The notes under the pieces were generated by a model. It was given only the letters and a program-made list of their open reading frames with translations. It did not search any database and was not told the DNA's origin. Both the position numbers and the translations under genes were made by a program. Source: Dictyostelium discoideum (Eukaryota). From it: a DNA stretch of 64,000 bases. Below are positions 16,471 through 31,025 of the stretch, piece after piece (positions within the stretch are counted from its first letter, which is position 1; every line of letters begins with the position of its first letter). The DNA lies in contig CM000152.2 of NCBI GenBank assembly GCA_000004695.1, positions 224,001 through 288,000 of the forward strand, read 5' to 3'.

Positions 16471-18531
16471 ATGAGAACAATCTCACAAAAACTAATCTTA
16501 TTTTTATCGAAAAATCAAAAACTTAAATATTTCTTTAATACAAGTATTTTATTACTAGTTTTTTATTGGATTTATAAAAATGTTTTAATTAAAAAAAATA
16601 AAAATAAAAATAATAACCATGATGATCATGTCAACCAAAAAATTCAAAATATTCAAGAAAATCAAAAAACCACCACACAAAATATTCAAAATAAAAGAAA
16701 TGAAGATACAACAACAACTAAAAATTATTTTAAATTATCAAATGATATTAAAATTCATGTTTTAAGTACACCAGAAGAATGTGATTTAATTTTAAATGAA
16801 TTTTATCAATCATTATTATTGAAAATGGTTGATGATAAAAATTCACCACCAATGATTGATGGTGCAGACGGTGTAATAATAAATCAACAACAAACAACAA
16901 CAGAATTACTGTTATTCCCAAATTGTAATGAAATAAACAATGATGGTTTAGATTTTATAATTGGTTTTGATGCTGAATGGGGTAATCCAAATAGTATTTT
17001 TGATGATAAAATTGATGATAAAACTACAAAAACACATTATAATCATAAAGTTGCATTAATTCAATTATCAAGTAAAAATGAAACATTTTTAATTCAAGTT
17101 TCACAAATGGAGAAAATTCCAATATCATTGGAACAGATTTTAACAGATCCTCGTTTAATTAAAGTCGGTGTTGCAGTTTCACAAGATGCAGCAACCATTT
17201 TTCAAACATTTTCAGTTGTTACAAAAGGGTATGTTGATTTAGTACCAATTGCAAGATTAACCAATTATGAAGGAAATGGATTAGCAAGTTTAGCATTAAA
17301 CGTTATGAATGTAACATTAAATAAATCTAATAAAATTCGTTGTGGTCATTGGGAGAATAAAAAATTATCAAATGATCAAATTCATTATGCAGCAGCTGAT
17401 GCATGGGTTGGTAGAGAAATATTCGAAATTATGTTCAACACTTATAAAAACTCAAAAACTGATCCAAATGATAAAAAAGATTTAGTTTATACTTTATGTA
17501 GACAATTTACAGGTGCAAGTTTTAAAAGTATAAATAAATTAAAAAATAGAGAAAATAATAATAATGGCAATAATAATGACAATACCAATAATAAACCAAT
17601 TAAAGAAAACATGTTAAAGAAAACTGTACCTGATAAAAGAGTATTATATGATAATTGTTTAATGTATAGTCCTGATGATGTATTATTATCAAGTATTAGT
17701 AAAAAGAAAGTTGAATGGTATGTTAGTAGACAATTGGCAGATATAATTAAAGAAGAACCATTATCAATTAAATTAAAATTCCAACCACATGGTGAAGGTC
17801 ATTCTGGTGACCAATTTTATTTAGCATCAAAAGAGAATATTTGTGTAGTTTGTGGTTCAACTCATAAAATTCTACGTCATTCAATGGTACCACATTGTTA
17901 TCGTCAATATTTACCAGAGGAAATTAAAAGTCATTCATCACATGATGTAATATTAGTTTGTTGTGATTGTCATGCTATTCTAGATAAAAAGAATCAAATT
18001 ATGAAAATGATAATTTCACAACAATACAATGTACCAATTGATAATGAAAATAAACAATTTATAACTGACCATACTTTATTAAAAATTACTCAAATCGCAT
18101 CAATTGTTAAAAATAATTTCTATTCAACAGGAAATAATAATAACATTAGTGAAGATAATTTAATTAAAGGTAATAAAAAATGTAAAAAGAATATTCCAGA
18201 TGAGAAATTAGAAGAAATGAAGAAAATTGTAATGGAATATATTGGAAAGGAAGAGATTAATGTTGAAGATTTAGATGAAATTTTAAAATTAAATCCAAAA
18301 CAAAAGAATGAAAATTATATTCCACATGAAAAAAAAGTTATTGATAAAGTATTGGCAATGGGTGAAAAAGGTATATTTGAATTTATTCGTAGTTGGAGAA
18401 AGAATTTCGTTGAATCAGTTCAACCAAAATTCCTTCCAGAACATTGGTCAATTGATAAAGTTGTTTGTTGTGATAATGGTCATCGTAAACCAAAAGATCA
18501 AAGACAAAAACAAATTCAAAATCAAGAATAA
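16471..18531 (+). CDS. EXD2-like protein, copy 1 (about 686 aa, intronless). It has an N-terminal transmembrane anchor, a DEDDy 3'-5' exonuclease domain, and a C-terminal HNH-like Cys/His zinc module.
   Basis: The real start is ATG at 16471 (MRTISQKLILFLSKNQ...). The track's start at 16381 is a TTG read-through of poly(A). There is a hydrophobic segment ILLLVFYWIY. Exonuclease motifs are LDFIIGFDAEWG (Exo I, D-x-E), HKVALIQLSS (Exo II), and HYAAADAWVGREIF (Exo III, Y-x3-D). The C-terminal module is CVVCGSTHKILRHSMVPHCYRQYLPEEIKSHSSHDVILVCCDCHAILDKK. This architecture (TM anchor, exonuclease, HNH-like) is that of metazoan EXD2. Confidence 0.7.
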   Translation: MRTISQKLILFLSKNQKLKYFFNTSILLLVFYWIYKNVLIKKNKNKNNNHDDHVNQKIQNIQENQKTTTQNIQNKRNEDTTTTKNYFKLSNDIKIHVLSTPEECDLILNEFYQSLLLKMVDDKNSPPMIDGADGVIINQQQTTTELLLFPNCNEINNDGLDFIIGFDAEWGNPNSIFDDKIDDKTTKTHYNHKVALIQLSSKNETFLIQVSQMEKIPISLEQILTDPRLIKVGVAVSQDAATIFQTFSVVTKGYVDLVPIARLTNYEGNGLASLALNVMNVTLNKSNKIRCGHWENKKLSNDQIHYAAADAWVGREIFEIMFNTYKNSKTDPNDKKDLVYTLCRQFTGASFKSINKLKNRENNNNGNNNDNTNNKPIKENMLKKTVPDKRVLYDNCLMYSPDDVLLSSISKKKVEWYVSRQLADIIKEEPLSIKLKFQPHGEGHSGDQFYLASKENICVVCGSTHKILRHSMVPHCYRQYLPEEIKSHSSHDVILVCCDCHAILDKKNQIMKMIISQQYNVPIDNENKQFITDHTLLKITQIASIVKNNFYSTGNNNNISEDNLIKGNKKCKKNIPDEKLEEMKKIVMEYIGKEEINVEDLDEILKLNPKQKNENYIPHEKKVIDKVLAMGEKGIFEFIRSWRKNFVESVQPKFLPEHWSIDKVVCCDNGHRKPKDQRQKQIQNQE

Positions 18532-18963
18532 TTAATTAATTAATTAAATTATAACAATAATAATAATAAAAATAAAAATGTAATAATAGTTTTTTTTAAA
18601 AAAGATTTTATTTATTTTTATTTTTTTTATTTTTCCAACTTTTTTTTTTTTTTTGGGGGAGGGGGTTATATATTTTTAGATTTTTTTTTTTATTTTAGGA
18701 TTTTTTAAAGAATGACGCATCACAAACACACAAACAACCAAACAAAAATAAATTTAAGCTTTCGAATTTCGTTGTTTTTTTAACGAAATTTTGTTTATTT
18801 TTTAGAGGTTGAAAATTTTTTTTCAAAGAATCTTGAAAAGTTATGAAAATTATAAAAAAAAAAAAAAAAAAAAAATTAACGTGCTTTCAGTTATTTATCA
18901 AAAAAAAAATAAATTATTATCATTAATAATATATATTTTAATAACAATAACAATAACAATAAA

Positions 18964-21120
<2,157 letters not shown>

Positions 21121-21511
21121 TAACAATAACAATAATAATAATAGTAATAATAAATTAATTACAATAATAATAATAATAAATTAAAGATCTTTTTTTTTTT
21201 TAATTAATTTAATATAAAAAAAAAAAAAAATAAAAAAAAAAAAAAAAACAAATATCAAGATAAAAATTTTAGTTGTGAACAATAACAACAATAATGATTT
21301 AATACGCTGTTTTTTAACTTATTATTATTATTATAAAAAAAAATAAAAAAAATAAAAAAAAAAGAAAAAAAATAAAAAAAAAGAAAATTTTAAAAGAAGT
21401 TATGGGGTTAACCAATTTCTTTTCCTTATTCTCAATGCCGAAATGCAAAGGAAATTTTTTTTTTTCTTTTTTAAAAAAATATCTTTACCCAAAATGACTT
21501 CAAATTGTTTT

Positions 21512-21543
<32 letters not shown>

Positions 21544-22459
21544 TCAAAAAGTTGAAAAAAAATAAATAATCAATCAAGCTCATTTTACTAGTTAAAAATC
21601 AAATAATGATTAAAAAATATCAGAATTATCGTTTTGTAAAAAAACAATATCCAATTGTTTTTTTTTATTTTTTTTTGTATGTATGTTGTGGACAAAAAAA
21701 AAAAAAAATCAATTCAAATTATTTATTATTAAAAAAAAAAAAAAAAATCCCAAAAAATAAAAAAATAAAAAATAAAAAAAAATTAATTTTCCATTTTACA
21801 TAAAGGAACTATTTTTAAGACCACAATTTTAATTATTGTTCCCCCACCAATTACTTTATTGTTAAAAATTTTTTTTTATAATAAACTCAGCCTGTTGTTC
21901 AACCATTGATTCATTTTAAAATTTATTTTGAATTTGGATAATTATGGTGGTGATTAAAAAAATAAGAAATAGAATATTAGATCATAATTTTTTAAAATCT
22001 CAATTAATCACAAAGTCTACAAAATAAAAAATACCCCAAACAAATACTTTCATTATTTTTTTAAAAAAAAAAAAAAAAATCATAAAAATAAAAAAAAAAA
22101 ACTGAAGGGGGTAAAAAAAACTATTTTCCAAAATTTCCCACTATGATTGATTGTTTTAACACGTTATTTTTTTGTGTTTATATATATAGTTCAATGGAAA
22201 CCAGTTAATTTTGATCACACAGAGGGGTTCCATTTTTTTTTTATTTTTATTTTTATTATTTTTTTTTTAATTTTTTTAATTTTTTTATTTAATTTTAATT
22301 TAAATTCTATTTCAATTTTCGAAAGATAATCATTATCTTTTATTGATTGGATGCCCTATTATCTTGATTTTATAAAAGATTGACCCAATAAATTGATTAC
22401 AATAATATTTTCATTCCTTTTATCATCAACAATCACCGAACAAACAAATTAAGTAAATC

Positions 22460-22491
<32 letters not shown>

Positions 22492-22719
22492 TATCTCAAA
22501 ATAACCTTTTAAGTTCATGTGAGCATTAAAAATAATTAAATTATTTCGTGATTATATAATATTTCAAATTTTCATAAACATTATTTTTTATAAAAATTAA
22601 AAAAGTATAAATAGAATTTTTTTTTATTTATTTTTCATTTCACAATTTAAAATATATAAAATAAAAAAAAAAAAATCAAATAAATAATTTAATAGATTGT
22701 ATTAATAAATTTTTATAAA

Positions 22720-22799
22720 ATGGCAAAAATTATAATTTCTTTAATTTTATTGCTCTCTTTATTTTCATTTTCATATGGTAAATAATTTAATTATCAAAT

Positions 22800-22849
<50 letters not shown>

Positions 22850-23623
22850 AAAAAACATTAACCACTAAAATAATTATAGGTGCTTATAATTGTAATAAAT
22901 TAAATTGTTCATCAAAAAATACAAAATGTAGAACATTCTCTTGTACTAGTGTTGTTGGATGTTATTATACTGATAAATGCACTAGCCCAGATTTATGCCA
23001 TAATTCTGCTTGTAATGCTTCAACTGGAAATTGTACATTAACTACTATCAGTTGTAATGATAATAACCCTTGTACTGATGATTTTTGCCATCCAGGTTAT
23101 GGTTGTTATAGTGTTCCAAACAGTTGTGATCCAGGTGTAATTTGCCAACAAAATTGTAATGATAATGATCCATGTACATATGATTTCTGTGATGCTTTAA
23201 ATATTTGTCGTCATTCCGAAACCTATTGCAATGATGGTGATGCTTGTACATTAAATACTTGTGGTGTAAATGGTTGTAACTTTACAAAAATATCTTGCGA
23301 TGATAATGGTAAGATATATATATATTTTTGTCTACTCAAATTGTTAACAAAAAAAGAAAATAATAATAACATTTAATTTATTTTATTAAATTTTAGATCC
23401 ATGTACTGCCGATTATTGTTCAACATTATATGGTTGTTATCATGAACCAATCGAATGTTCAATTAAAGTACCATGTAATATTGATTCCGATTGTAATAGA
23501 AATAATGGATGTGAAACTTTTACTTGTAATTTATCAACAAATACCTGTGATTACTATGCTAAAAATTGTGGTGGTTGGCCATGTATTAATAATCAATGTA
23601 CAACTGGTTCAATTTCAAATTAA
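22720..23623 (+). CDS. Secreted cysteine-rich Dicty_CTDC-repeat protein, three exons, about 238 aa.
   Basis: Exon 1 (22720..22777) encodes the signal peptide MAKIIISLILLLSLFSFSY(G); the donor is TATG|GTAAAT. Exon 2 runs 22880..23308 after an ...aattatag acceptor and ends at donor AATG|GTAAGA. Exon 3 runs 23397..23623 after ttttag and ends with stop TAA. The product contains CNDNNPCTDDFC, CNDNDPCTYDFC, CNDGDACTLNTC and CDDNDPCTADYC, which are canonical Dictyostelium C-x-D-x-N/D-x-C-T-x-D-x-C extracellular-matrix repeats (Pfam Dicty_CTDC). It is not in the ORF track because no exon alone makes a 60-aa ORF. Confidence 0.65.
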
Positions 23624-23667
23624 ATATACCTTTACATTTTCATATATTTATTTATATATTTATTTAT

Positions 23668-23705
<38 letters not shown>

Positions 23706-23809
23706 AAATGTTCGAATTCGATTGAAATTTAAGAAATAAAAGGTAGGTGGAAAATTAATATATACTCAAAACAGTTTTATTTATATTTATTATTTTTTTA
23801 AAAATGATC

Positions 23810-25150
23810 ATATTTATTAAAAATTATTATATATTTCTATAAATTATTTAAATTTTTAAATTTTGAATATTCAAATAATAATTCATCAATATCACTAACA
23901 TCTTGAAGAGTTGTTGGAATTATATAGCTTTTATCTATTTGAAATTAAAATATTAATTAGTAAATATAAAAAAAAGATACATTATTTAATAATGAAAATA
24001 AAAATGAAAACATACTATTAAAAATTGAGGTAAATATTGATTTGATTGTTTTCCAAGTTCTTGTTTTTGGTCTAATTATAAACACTTACAATCTTTTAAC
24101 TATTATTTATTTAATATTTGGGAGAGTAGAAAGATTTTTTTTAACTATATTGTTAATTTCATTTTTTAATGAGATAGTATCTATATTTATATTTTCTAGT
24201 ACTAATATTGCAGCAATTTCTTTACCATGAATTTCATCATCTATACCAATAACACAAGATTCAAAAATATTTTGAATTTTTAAAATTAAATTTTCAAGTA
24301 CACCACCATTAACAATATAACTATCATATGAAAATGAATCATCATATCTTGAACAAAAATACCATAAATTATTTTCATAATAACCAATATCTTTTGTTCT
24401 AAAATATCCTTCATATTCATTTAAATATGGTTGCTTATATATTAATCTATCATTAATATCACCCAATAAACGATTACGTACACCAGGTGGAATGGAAACT
24501 TTATAACAATTTCACCTTTTCATTTTCTTTATTTTCAATTACACTAGCTTGATTATTATTGTTGGAGTTGGTGTTGGTGAATAAATATTTAACAGATATG
24601 ATAATCCTTTTTGAGTATAACCACCAAATATTATATTATGTGTTGCACCAATTCTACAACATGATAATGTTGATATAATTAATTTAATACTATTTTGCAT
24701 ATAAATGATTACAATATCACCTTTTTAATACCTAAATTCTTTAATGATCTTAAAATTTACAAACTTTATCAAATAATTGTTTATATGTAATTTGAGTTGA
24801 AATTTGTTTTGATGGTATTTCATGTACAAATGCGATTTCTTCACCTCTACCATTAACAATATGTTTATCTAATGCATTATAACATGCATTTAATAATCCA
24901 CTTGAAAACCATTCATTATTATTACTATTATAAATATTTTCATATTCTTTATCTCTGTAATATAATAATAATAAAACTATTAATAAAATAATAATTAGAA
25001 GCCATACCAATGAACATATTTTTTAGTAACATCATTCCAAAATGATAATTGATCATTTAATCCATACTGGTAATCATTTTCATAATCAAAAGGTTTTGAT
25101 AATTTAAATTGTTGTTTTTTATTATTATTATTGTTAATCATTTTAATAAT
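23810..25150 (-). pseudogene. Truncated, internally deleted duplicate of the downstream acetyl-CoA-synthetase-like gene.
   Basis: Two minus-strand ORFs (24750..25010 and 24107..24466) are about 85-90% identical to the N-terminus (…NEWFSSGLLNACYNALDKHIVNGRGEEIAFVHEIPSKQISTQITYKQLFDKVCKF) and the C-terminus (…GYFRTKDIGYY…VIGIDDEIHGKEIAAILVLEN…) of the 26014..27708 gene. At 24480-24600 the nucleotide alignment jumps from the equivalent of about 26490 to about 27440, so about 950 bp of the AMP-binding core are absent. The same flanking 5' and 3' noncoding blocks are present (compare 23810-24100 with 25690-26060). Confidence 0.6.
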
Positions 25151-25686
25151 TAAATAATTATTTTACATTATTTTGAATTTTTATTAGCTCTATAATAAAT
25201 AAAATAATAGAAAAAAAAAAAAAAAAATTTAACATTATTTATAGGTTGCTGAATAGAGAGTAAAAGTAAAAAAAAGAAATAACCAGTGGTACCAAATAAA
25301 ATTATTTTTCACCACTTTAGTGCTGATATTTTTATATCTGACCAGCCAACCTTAATTCAACACAACAATTTTTTTTTATTTTTCTTTAATTTAATTTATT
25401 GGGGGAGAGTTGTTCAAAAAAAAATAAAGGGTGGCAAACTCAGCAGCTCCACATAAAATTACTTTCCACCACTTTGATGTTGATTTTTTCATATCTGGCT
25501 TTTTAATAAAAAATAATTTATTTCAACAACAAATTTTTTTTTTTTCTTCAAGAATAAATCGCAAACAGTTTTATTTATAATTATTATTTTTTAATAGTTA
25601 TTATATTTATTCATTTTAACGTTTATTTCTTTTGATCCCCCAGAATAGGAGAGAGATGGAGAGTTTGTGAAAATTACTATAAATTT

Positions 25687-28038
25687 CTATATATCATTGG
25701 AATTTTTAAATTTTGAATATTCAATTAATAATTCATCAATAACAATATCATCTTGAAGAGTTGGCGGAATTATATAGGATTTATCTATTTGAAGTAAAAA
25801 TATTAATATAATTTTAATAATAGATACAGTTAATAAAAATAACAATAATAAAAATAAAAATGAATTCATACTATTAAAAATTGATGTTAATAATGATTTA
25901 ATTCTTTTCCCAGTTCTTGTTTTTGGTCTAATATTAAAAATAATAATTTAGTTAATATAATTGCTTTTATTGTTATTATTATTATCGAAGATTATTATTT
26001 TAATTATAAACACTTACAATCTTTTAACTATTATTATATATTTAATATTTATGCAAGTAAAAAGATTAGTTTTAACTATATTATTAATTTCATTTTTTAA
26101 TGAGATAGTATCTATATTTTTATTTTCTAGTACTAATATTGCAGCAATTTCTTGACCATGGATTTCATCATCTATACCAATAACACAAGATTCAGAAATA
26201 TTTTGAATTTTTAGAATTAAATTTTCAAGTACACCACTATTAACAATAACACTACCATATGAAATTGAATCATCAGATCTTGAACTAAAATACCATACTT
26301 TATTTTCATCAAAATAACCAATATCTTTTGTTCTAAAATATCCTTCAAACTCATTTAAATAATGTTGCTTATATAATAATCTATCATTAGTATCACCAAA
26401 TAAACAATTACATAAACCAGGTGGTAATGGAAACTTTATAACAATTTCACCTTTTTCATTTTCTTTATTTTCAATTACACTAGTTTGATTATTATTGTTG
26501 ATTTTTGAAACTATTTTAATATTATAACCAGGTGCAACTTTACCAATAGCATCAACACTACAATTTTTTAAATTTAAATCATTTTCAGTTGAATTATAAA
26601 TCATTGGAAATCCAGATTCAGTTTGCCAATAATCAATTATTATTGATAATTTTAAAGTATTGGTTAAATAATTTATTGTCTTTTCATAAACTTTTTCAGA
26701 ACCAATTGATACATGTTTTAAATGTTTTAAATTAAATTGAAATCTAATTTCACCATTTGGGTCAACCATTTTTATTAAATTCATTTGGTGTGGTGTTGTT
26801 GGGAATACATTAACATTATACTTTTCAATTAAACTCCAAAACATTCTAACTTTTTCAGTATCATTATCATTTTCATTTAATGGACCTTCAATAAAAACTG
26901 ATTTACAGCCAGAAAATAAGCAACCATAAAGCAATGTACTATGACCACTAACCCAACCAATTGAGCTTAAACTTAAATAAGTATCACCCTTATTTAATTT
27001 AAATATATTTTTAACTGAATAACAAAGTGATGCAATATGACCAGCTGTTTCTCTAACAATTGCTTTTGGTTTACTTGTTGTACCACTGGTATTCATAACA
27101 TAAATTGGATGATTTGATTCAACTAATTCATACTCTAATAATGGTTCAATATCACCACCATTAACTAAATCATTCCAATCAAAAATATTAAAATTATGAT
27201 TATTATTTTGATTATTATTATTATTGTTCTTATTATTACCATTATTATTATAATCATTTCTATTGAATAAAATTATATTTTTTAAATTTAAATTTGAATT
27301 TATTAATGATTCTATTATTTCTTTATAAAAATAATATATATCATTATTTAATAAACCATAGTTTGAAGTAATTATTAGTTTTGGTGATTGATTGAAATTT
27401 GGTGTTGGTGTTGGTGTTGGTGTTGGTGTTGGTGTTGGTGTTGGTGTTGGTGTTGGTGAATAAATATTTAACAAATCAGTTAGTCCTTTTTGAGTATAAC
27501 CACCAAATATTATATTATGTGTTGCACCAATTCTACAACATGATAATGCTGATATAATTAATTCAATACTATTATGCATATAAATTATTACAATATCACC
27601 TTTTTTAATACCCAAATTCTTTAATGATCTTGAAAATTTACAAACTTTATCAAATAATTGTTTATATGTAATTTGAGTTGAAATTTGTTTTGATGGTATT
27701 TCATGCACAAATGCAATTTCTTCACCTCCACCATTAACAATATGTTTATCTAATGCATTATAACATGCATTTAATAATCCACCTGAAAACCATTCATTAT
27801 TATTACTATTATAAATATTTTCATATTCTTTGTCCCTATAGTATAATATTAATAATTACTATTATTTTAATTATAATATTAATATTATATATTATTAATT
27901 TAACATCATACATACCAATGAACATATTTTTTAGCAACATCATTCCAAAATGAAAATTGATCATTTAACCCATACTGGTAATCATTTTCATAATTAAAAG
28001 GTTCTGATAATTTATATTGTTGTTTATTATTATTATTA

Positions 28039-28096
<58 letters not shown>

Positions 28097-28103
28097 CTAT
28101 CAT
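25687..28103 (-). CDS. Acetyl-CoA-synthetase-like (ACSS / AMP-forming acyl-CoA synthetase) protein with poly-N and (TP)11 inserts. There are at least 2 exons, and a small 3' exon is possible.
   Basis: Exon 1 (28103..27916) encodes MIDNNN...KQQYKLSEPFNYENDYQYGLNDQFSFWNDVAKKYVHW, the ACS N-terminal-domain motif. The donor is CATTG|GTATGT, the intron (27915..27836) is 80 nt, and the acceptor is tatactatag. Exon 2 (27835..26014) continues DKEYENIYNSNNNEWFSGGLLNACYNALDKHIVNGGGEEIAFVHEIPSKQISTQITY...KGDIVIIYMHNSIELIISALSCCRIGATHNIIFGGY...MNTSGTTSKPKAIVRETAGH...YWQTESG...GYFRTKDIGYFDENKVWYFSSRSDD...VIGIDDEIHGQEIAAILVL. These are the core AMP-binding motifs. A conserved GTAAGT at 26014-26019 and an in-phase acceptor tttttaatag|TATG suggest a possible short last exon (about 25866..25687) that would supply the A10-like IIPPTL segment. 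That exon is uncertain. Confidence 0.7.
27402..27468. repeat. (GGTGTT)11 hexanucleotide repeat encoding a (TP)11 tract in the ACS-like protein on the minus strand
   Basis: The run ggtgttggtgttggtgtt... is read directly. It is in frame with TPTPTPTP in the 564-aa ORF. The pseudogene copy carries only about 2 units. Confidence 0.85.
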
Positions 28104-28380
28104 TTTATTAACTATCCAATAATAGTGATTTTATACATATATTATTTTGAATTTCTATTATTTGTGTGTTTATAATTTAAAATAATTAAAAGTAAAAAAA
28201 AAAAAAAAAAATAATAAAAATTTAACACAACAAATCTGTTTTTTTTGTTGTGTTAAATTTTTATTATTTTTTTTTTTTTTATTTCTTTTAATTTTTTAAT
28301 AAATAAAAAAGGATATATATTTTTTTTTTTTTTTTTTTTTTTATATTTATAAATGTAATAAAATTTTATTTAAATATATT

Positions 28381-31025
28381 TTAATTTCTAAAATCTCTAA
28401 TTTCATTAATAATTTCATTTGCTTTTCTTAAAATTTCGATCATAGCTTTACAAGATTTTCTCTTACTAGAGATTTGTGGTGATTCCTCTAATAATTCATC
28501 AAACAATTCCTCTTTGTAGAGGGCTGCAACCAATTCATTTTGAATGTGTTCTTTTGATTGATTGACCAAGAAATGCATAATTGATTTTGGAACTGAATCC
28601 TTAACATTCTTTTTAACGATATTAAAATAGGAAATTAAAAGTTCACGAATTAATTCAGTTTCAAATTTCTCTTTACTTGTTAAATCATCTGGTGCTTTAA
28701 TAATTGATGGTACTTGATTTAATTTATCACCTCTACCATAGAAATCATCTTGATAACGATTATAACTACTATTATTGCTGCTACTATTATTATTATTATT
28801 ATAACTAGTTTTATATTGTGATTGTGATGATTGTTGTAATTGTTGTGATGATGAAGATGATGATTGTTGACCACCAAAAGTATTATAATTATTACCGCTA
28901 TTACTACTTGAATTAATTGGTGATGTTGGATTATTTGAATTATTACTATTATTAGCACCACCATATTGACCTAAAGATGGATCAGGTGAAGCTCTGAAAA
29001 AAGATGAAAAGAAAGAACCTTGTTGATGATCTTGTCTATTATTATTATTGTTATTATTATTATTATTGTTTGGACCATTTTGTGGGATTGAACTTGGTTT
29101 AGATTGATTTGGAGGCATATTTTGTGGACCTTTATTAAGTTGATTTGGTTGTTGATTTGGTTGTTGTTGAGCTGGTGGACCACCTGGATATTTATTTTGA
29201 CCTTGTTGTTGTTGTTGTAAGAATGGATTTGTACTTTGATTTTGTTGATTCATATTTTGTTGATTCATATTTTGTTGATTTACATTCATATTACCATTAT
29301 CACCCTTTTGATTATTATTGATACCATTTTGTTGTTGTTGTTGTTGTTGTTGCTGTTGTTGTTGTTGATATTGATCTTGTAATTGTTGAAGATGATTTTG
29401 TTGTTGGAGTTGTTGTTTTTTATATAATGATTCAAAGATACCTTCACCACCTACAAAATCTGGATGAGAAGTATTGATGAAAGCTGTTTCAATTTTTATG
29501 AGATGTTCAATCATTGTTTTGGTTGGTACTTTATGTTTTTGAAGAAGATTATTGACCACTTCGATTACTCTAGCTTTGAGATTAATGAAACGTGACAATT
29601 CCTTAGCCTCCAATTGTGAGACGATTCTTTGAAGTTCATCATAGACATATTCAACACATTGAGCACTTGGTTCCTCCAAACGAACGACTTGTTTCTTTAC
29701 CAAGAGTTCAAAGGAGATTTCAGGAATGAAGAGGGCAGCTCTTGGACCTGTAGCATTACGCATGGTGGTTCTAATATCGTTGAGAGAAATGCCTTCCAAA
29801 GGATCGATATTATTGACACAATGAGAGTAGATCTCATTGAAAATATAAGAGATACGAGCACCACCATAGAGTTCATTATTGGAGAGATCGGTGAGTTTAC
29901 CATCGATGGCATCTTTGAAATTGCTACTAAAGATAGTGATAATTTGTAAGAGGAGGGCGCCTTGGCTATTCTTTGTATCGTATAAAGGGTCGCCATAGGT
30001 AGACAATTCACCTTGGACATCGGATAACATTTTACTGACCTTTACCTTTAGGTCTGGGAGGGTGTCTCTAATGTGAAACATTAATAATTTATTGAGAGTT
30101 TTCGAGAGGTAGGCTGTACCTGAACGATTGGCAATTGATTTATAGATTGGATGATTCTTAAAGTAGAGTATCTCACTCTTTAATGACTCTCTAATGGATT
30201 TCTTTGCAATGATATCCTCCTGACTACGATTGATGACACCAATGAAACCCAATGTCAATGGAATGACACGACCGGTCAACACCTCCATAGCGTCGGTACC
30301 TTTATCCATTAAATCCAATTTAGTGATGACACCAATGGTTCTCTTACCCTCTGGATCCACCTCTTTAGCCAATTGCAAGGCATCAGAATTTGCTAAATCA
30401 GTATTTGCTGGTGTCACTGCAACGATAATAGCATTTTGTTTCTTTATGTAGGCCATTACCATTCTACGAATTTGTTGTTCAATATCAGTAGGTTGATCAC
30501 CAACTGGTACCTTGGTTATACCTGGTAAATCCACCAATGTCAAGTTTACAACATGTGGTGAATAGATCTTTAAATTGATTGGTTGTGCTGAAATACCTTT
30601 ATTCTTACCTGTCATTCTATCAGTATCACGTATAATCTCTTCTCTAATCTCTGAGAAATCATAAAACATATCATTTGGTTTATGTAAAAATTCACCCCAT
30701 TCTTGAGTTTGTGATCCTTTAATTTTATAATAATAATAATAAATAAATAATAATTAGTATTTTATAAATATATATATAATATATATAAAAATTACATACC
30801 ATCATCAGCAATTGGTAAATGAGTTAATTGTAAAATCAAAGGTCTTCTTGTTACAATACCAGAACCTCTTGGTAAAAAATCACGACCTACTATATTTTCA
30901 AGTACACTACTTTTACCTGAAGATTGACTACCAACAACAACGATTTGTGGTAAATCCAATGGGTCTGATCCTAATGTATTAAATACATCTTGAAGTTTAT
31001 TAATAACTGGGATTAATTGATCCAT
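28381..31025 (-). CDS. dymA: Dynamin A, a large GTPase with a QNS-rich insert. Two exons, spliced product 853 aa.
   Basis: Exon 1 (31025..30800) encodes [75 protein letters not shown], the dynamin P-loop. The donor is GATG|GTATGT, the intron (30799..30717) is 83 nt, and the acceptor is ttaaag. Exon 2 (30716..28381) encodes [28 protein letters not shown]...[16 protein letters not shown]...[11 protein letters not shown]..., the middle domain, and a 170-aa Q/N/S-rich low-complexity region before the GED. Total length is 226+2336 nt, giving 853 codons. Confidence 0.9.

Noticed and set aside
25687-25869. Hydrophobic N-terminal part (MNSFLFLLLLFLLTVSIIKIILIFLL) of the 60-aa ORF downstream of the ACS-like gene as a transmembrane tail
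   Set aside because: One in-phase splice (tttttaatag|TATG) would include it. The pseudogene copy is not conserved there, and a nearer acceptor (tcaaatag) exists in another phase. Most likely only the last about 30 codons, if any, are a genuine 3' exon.
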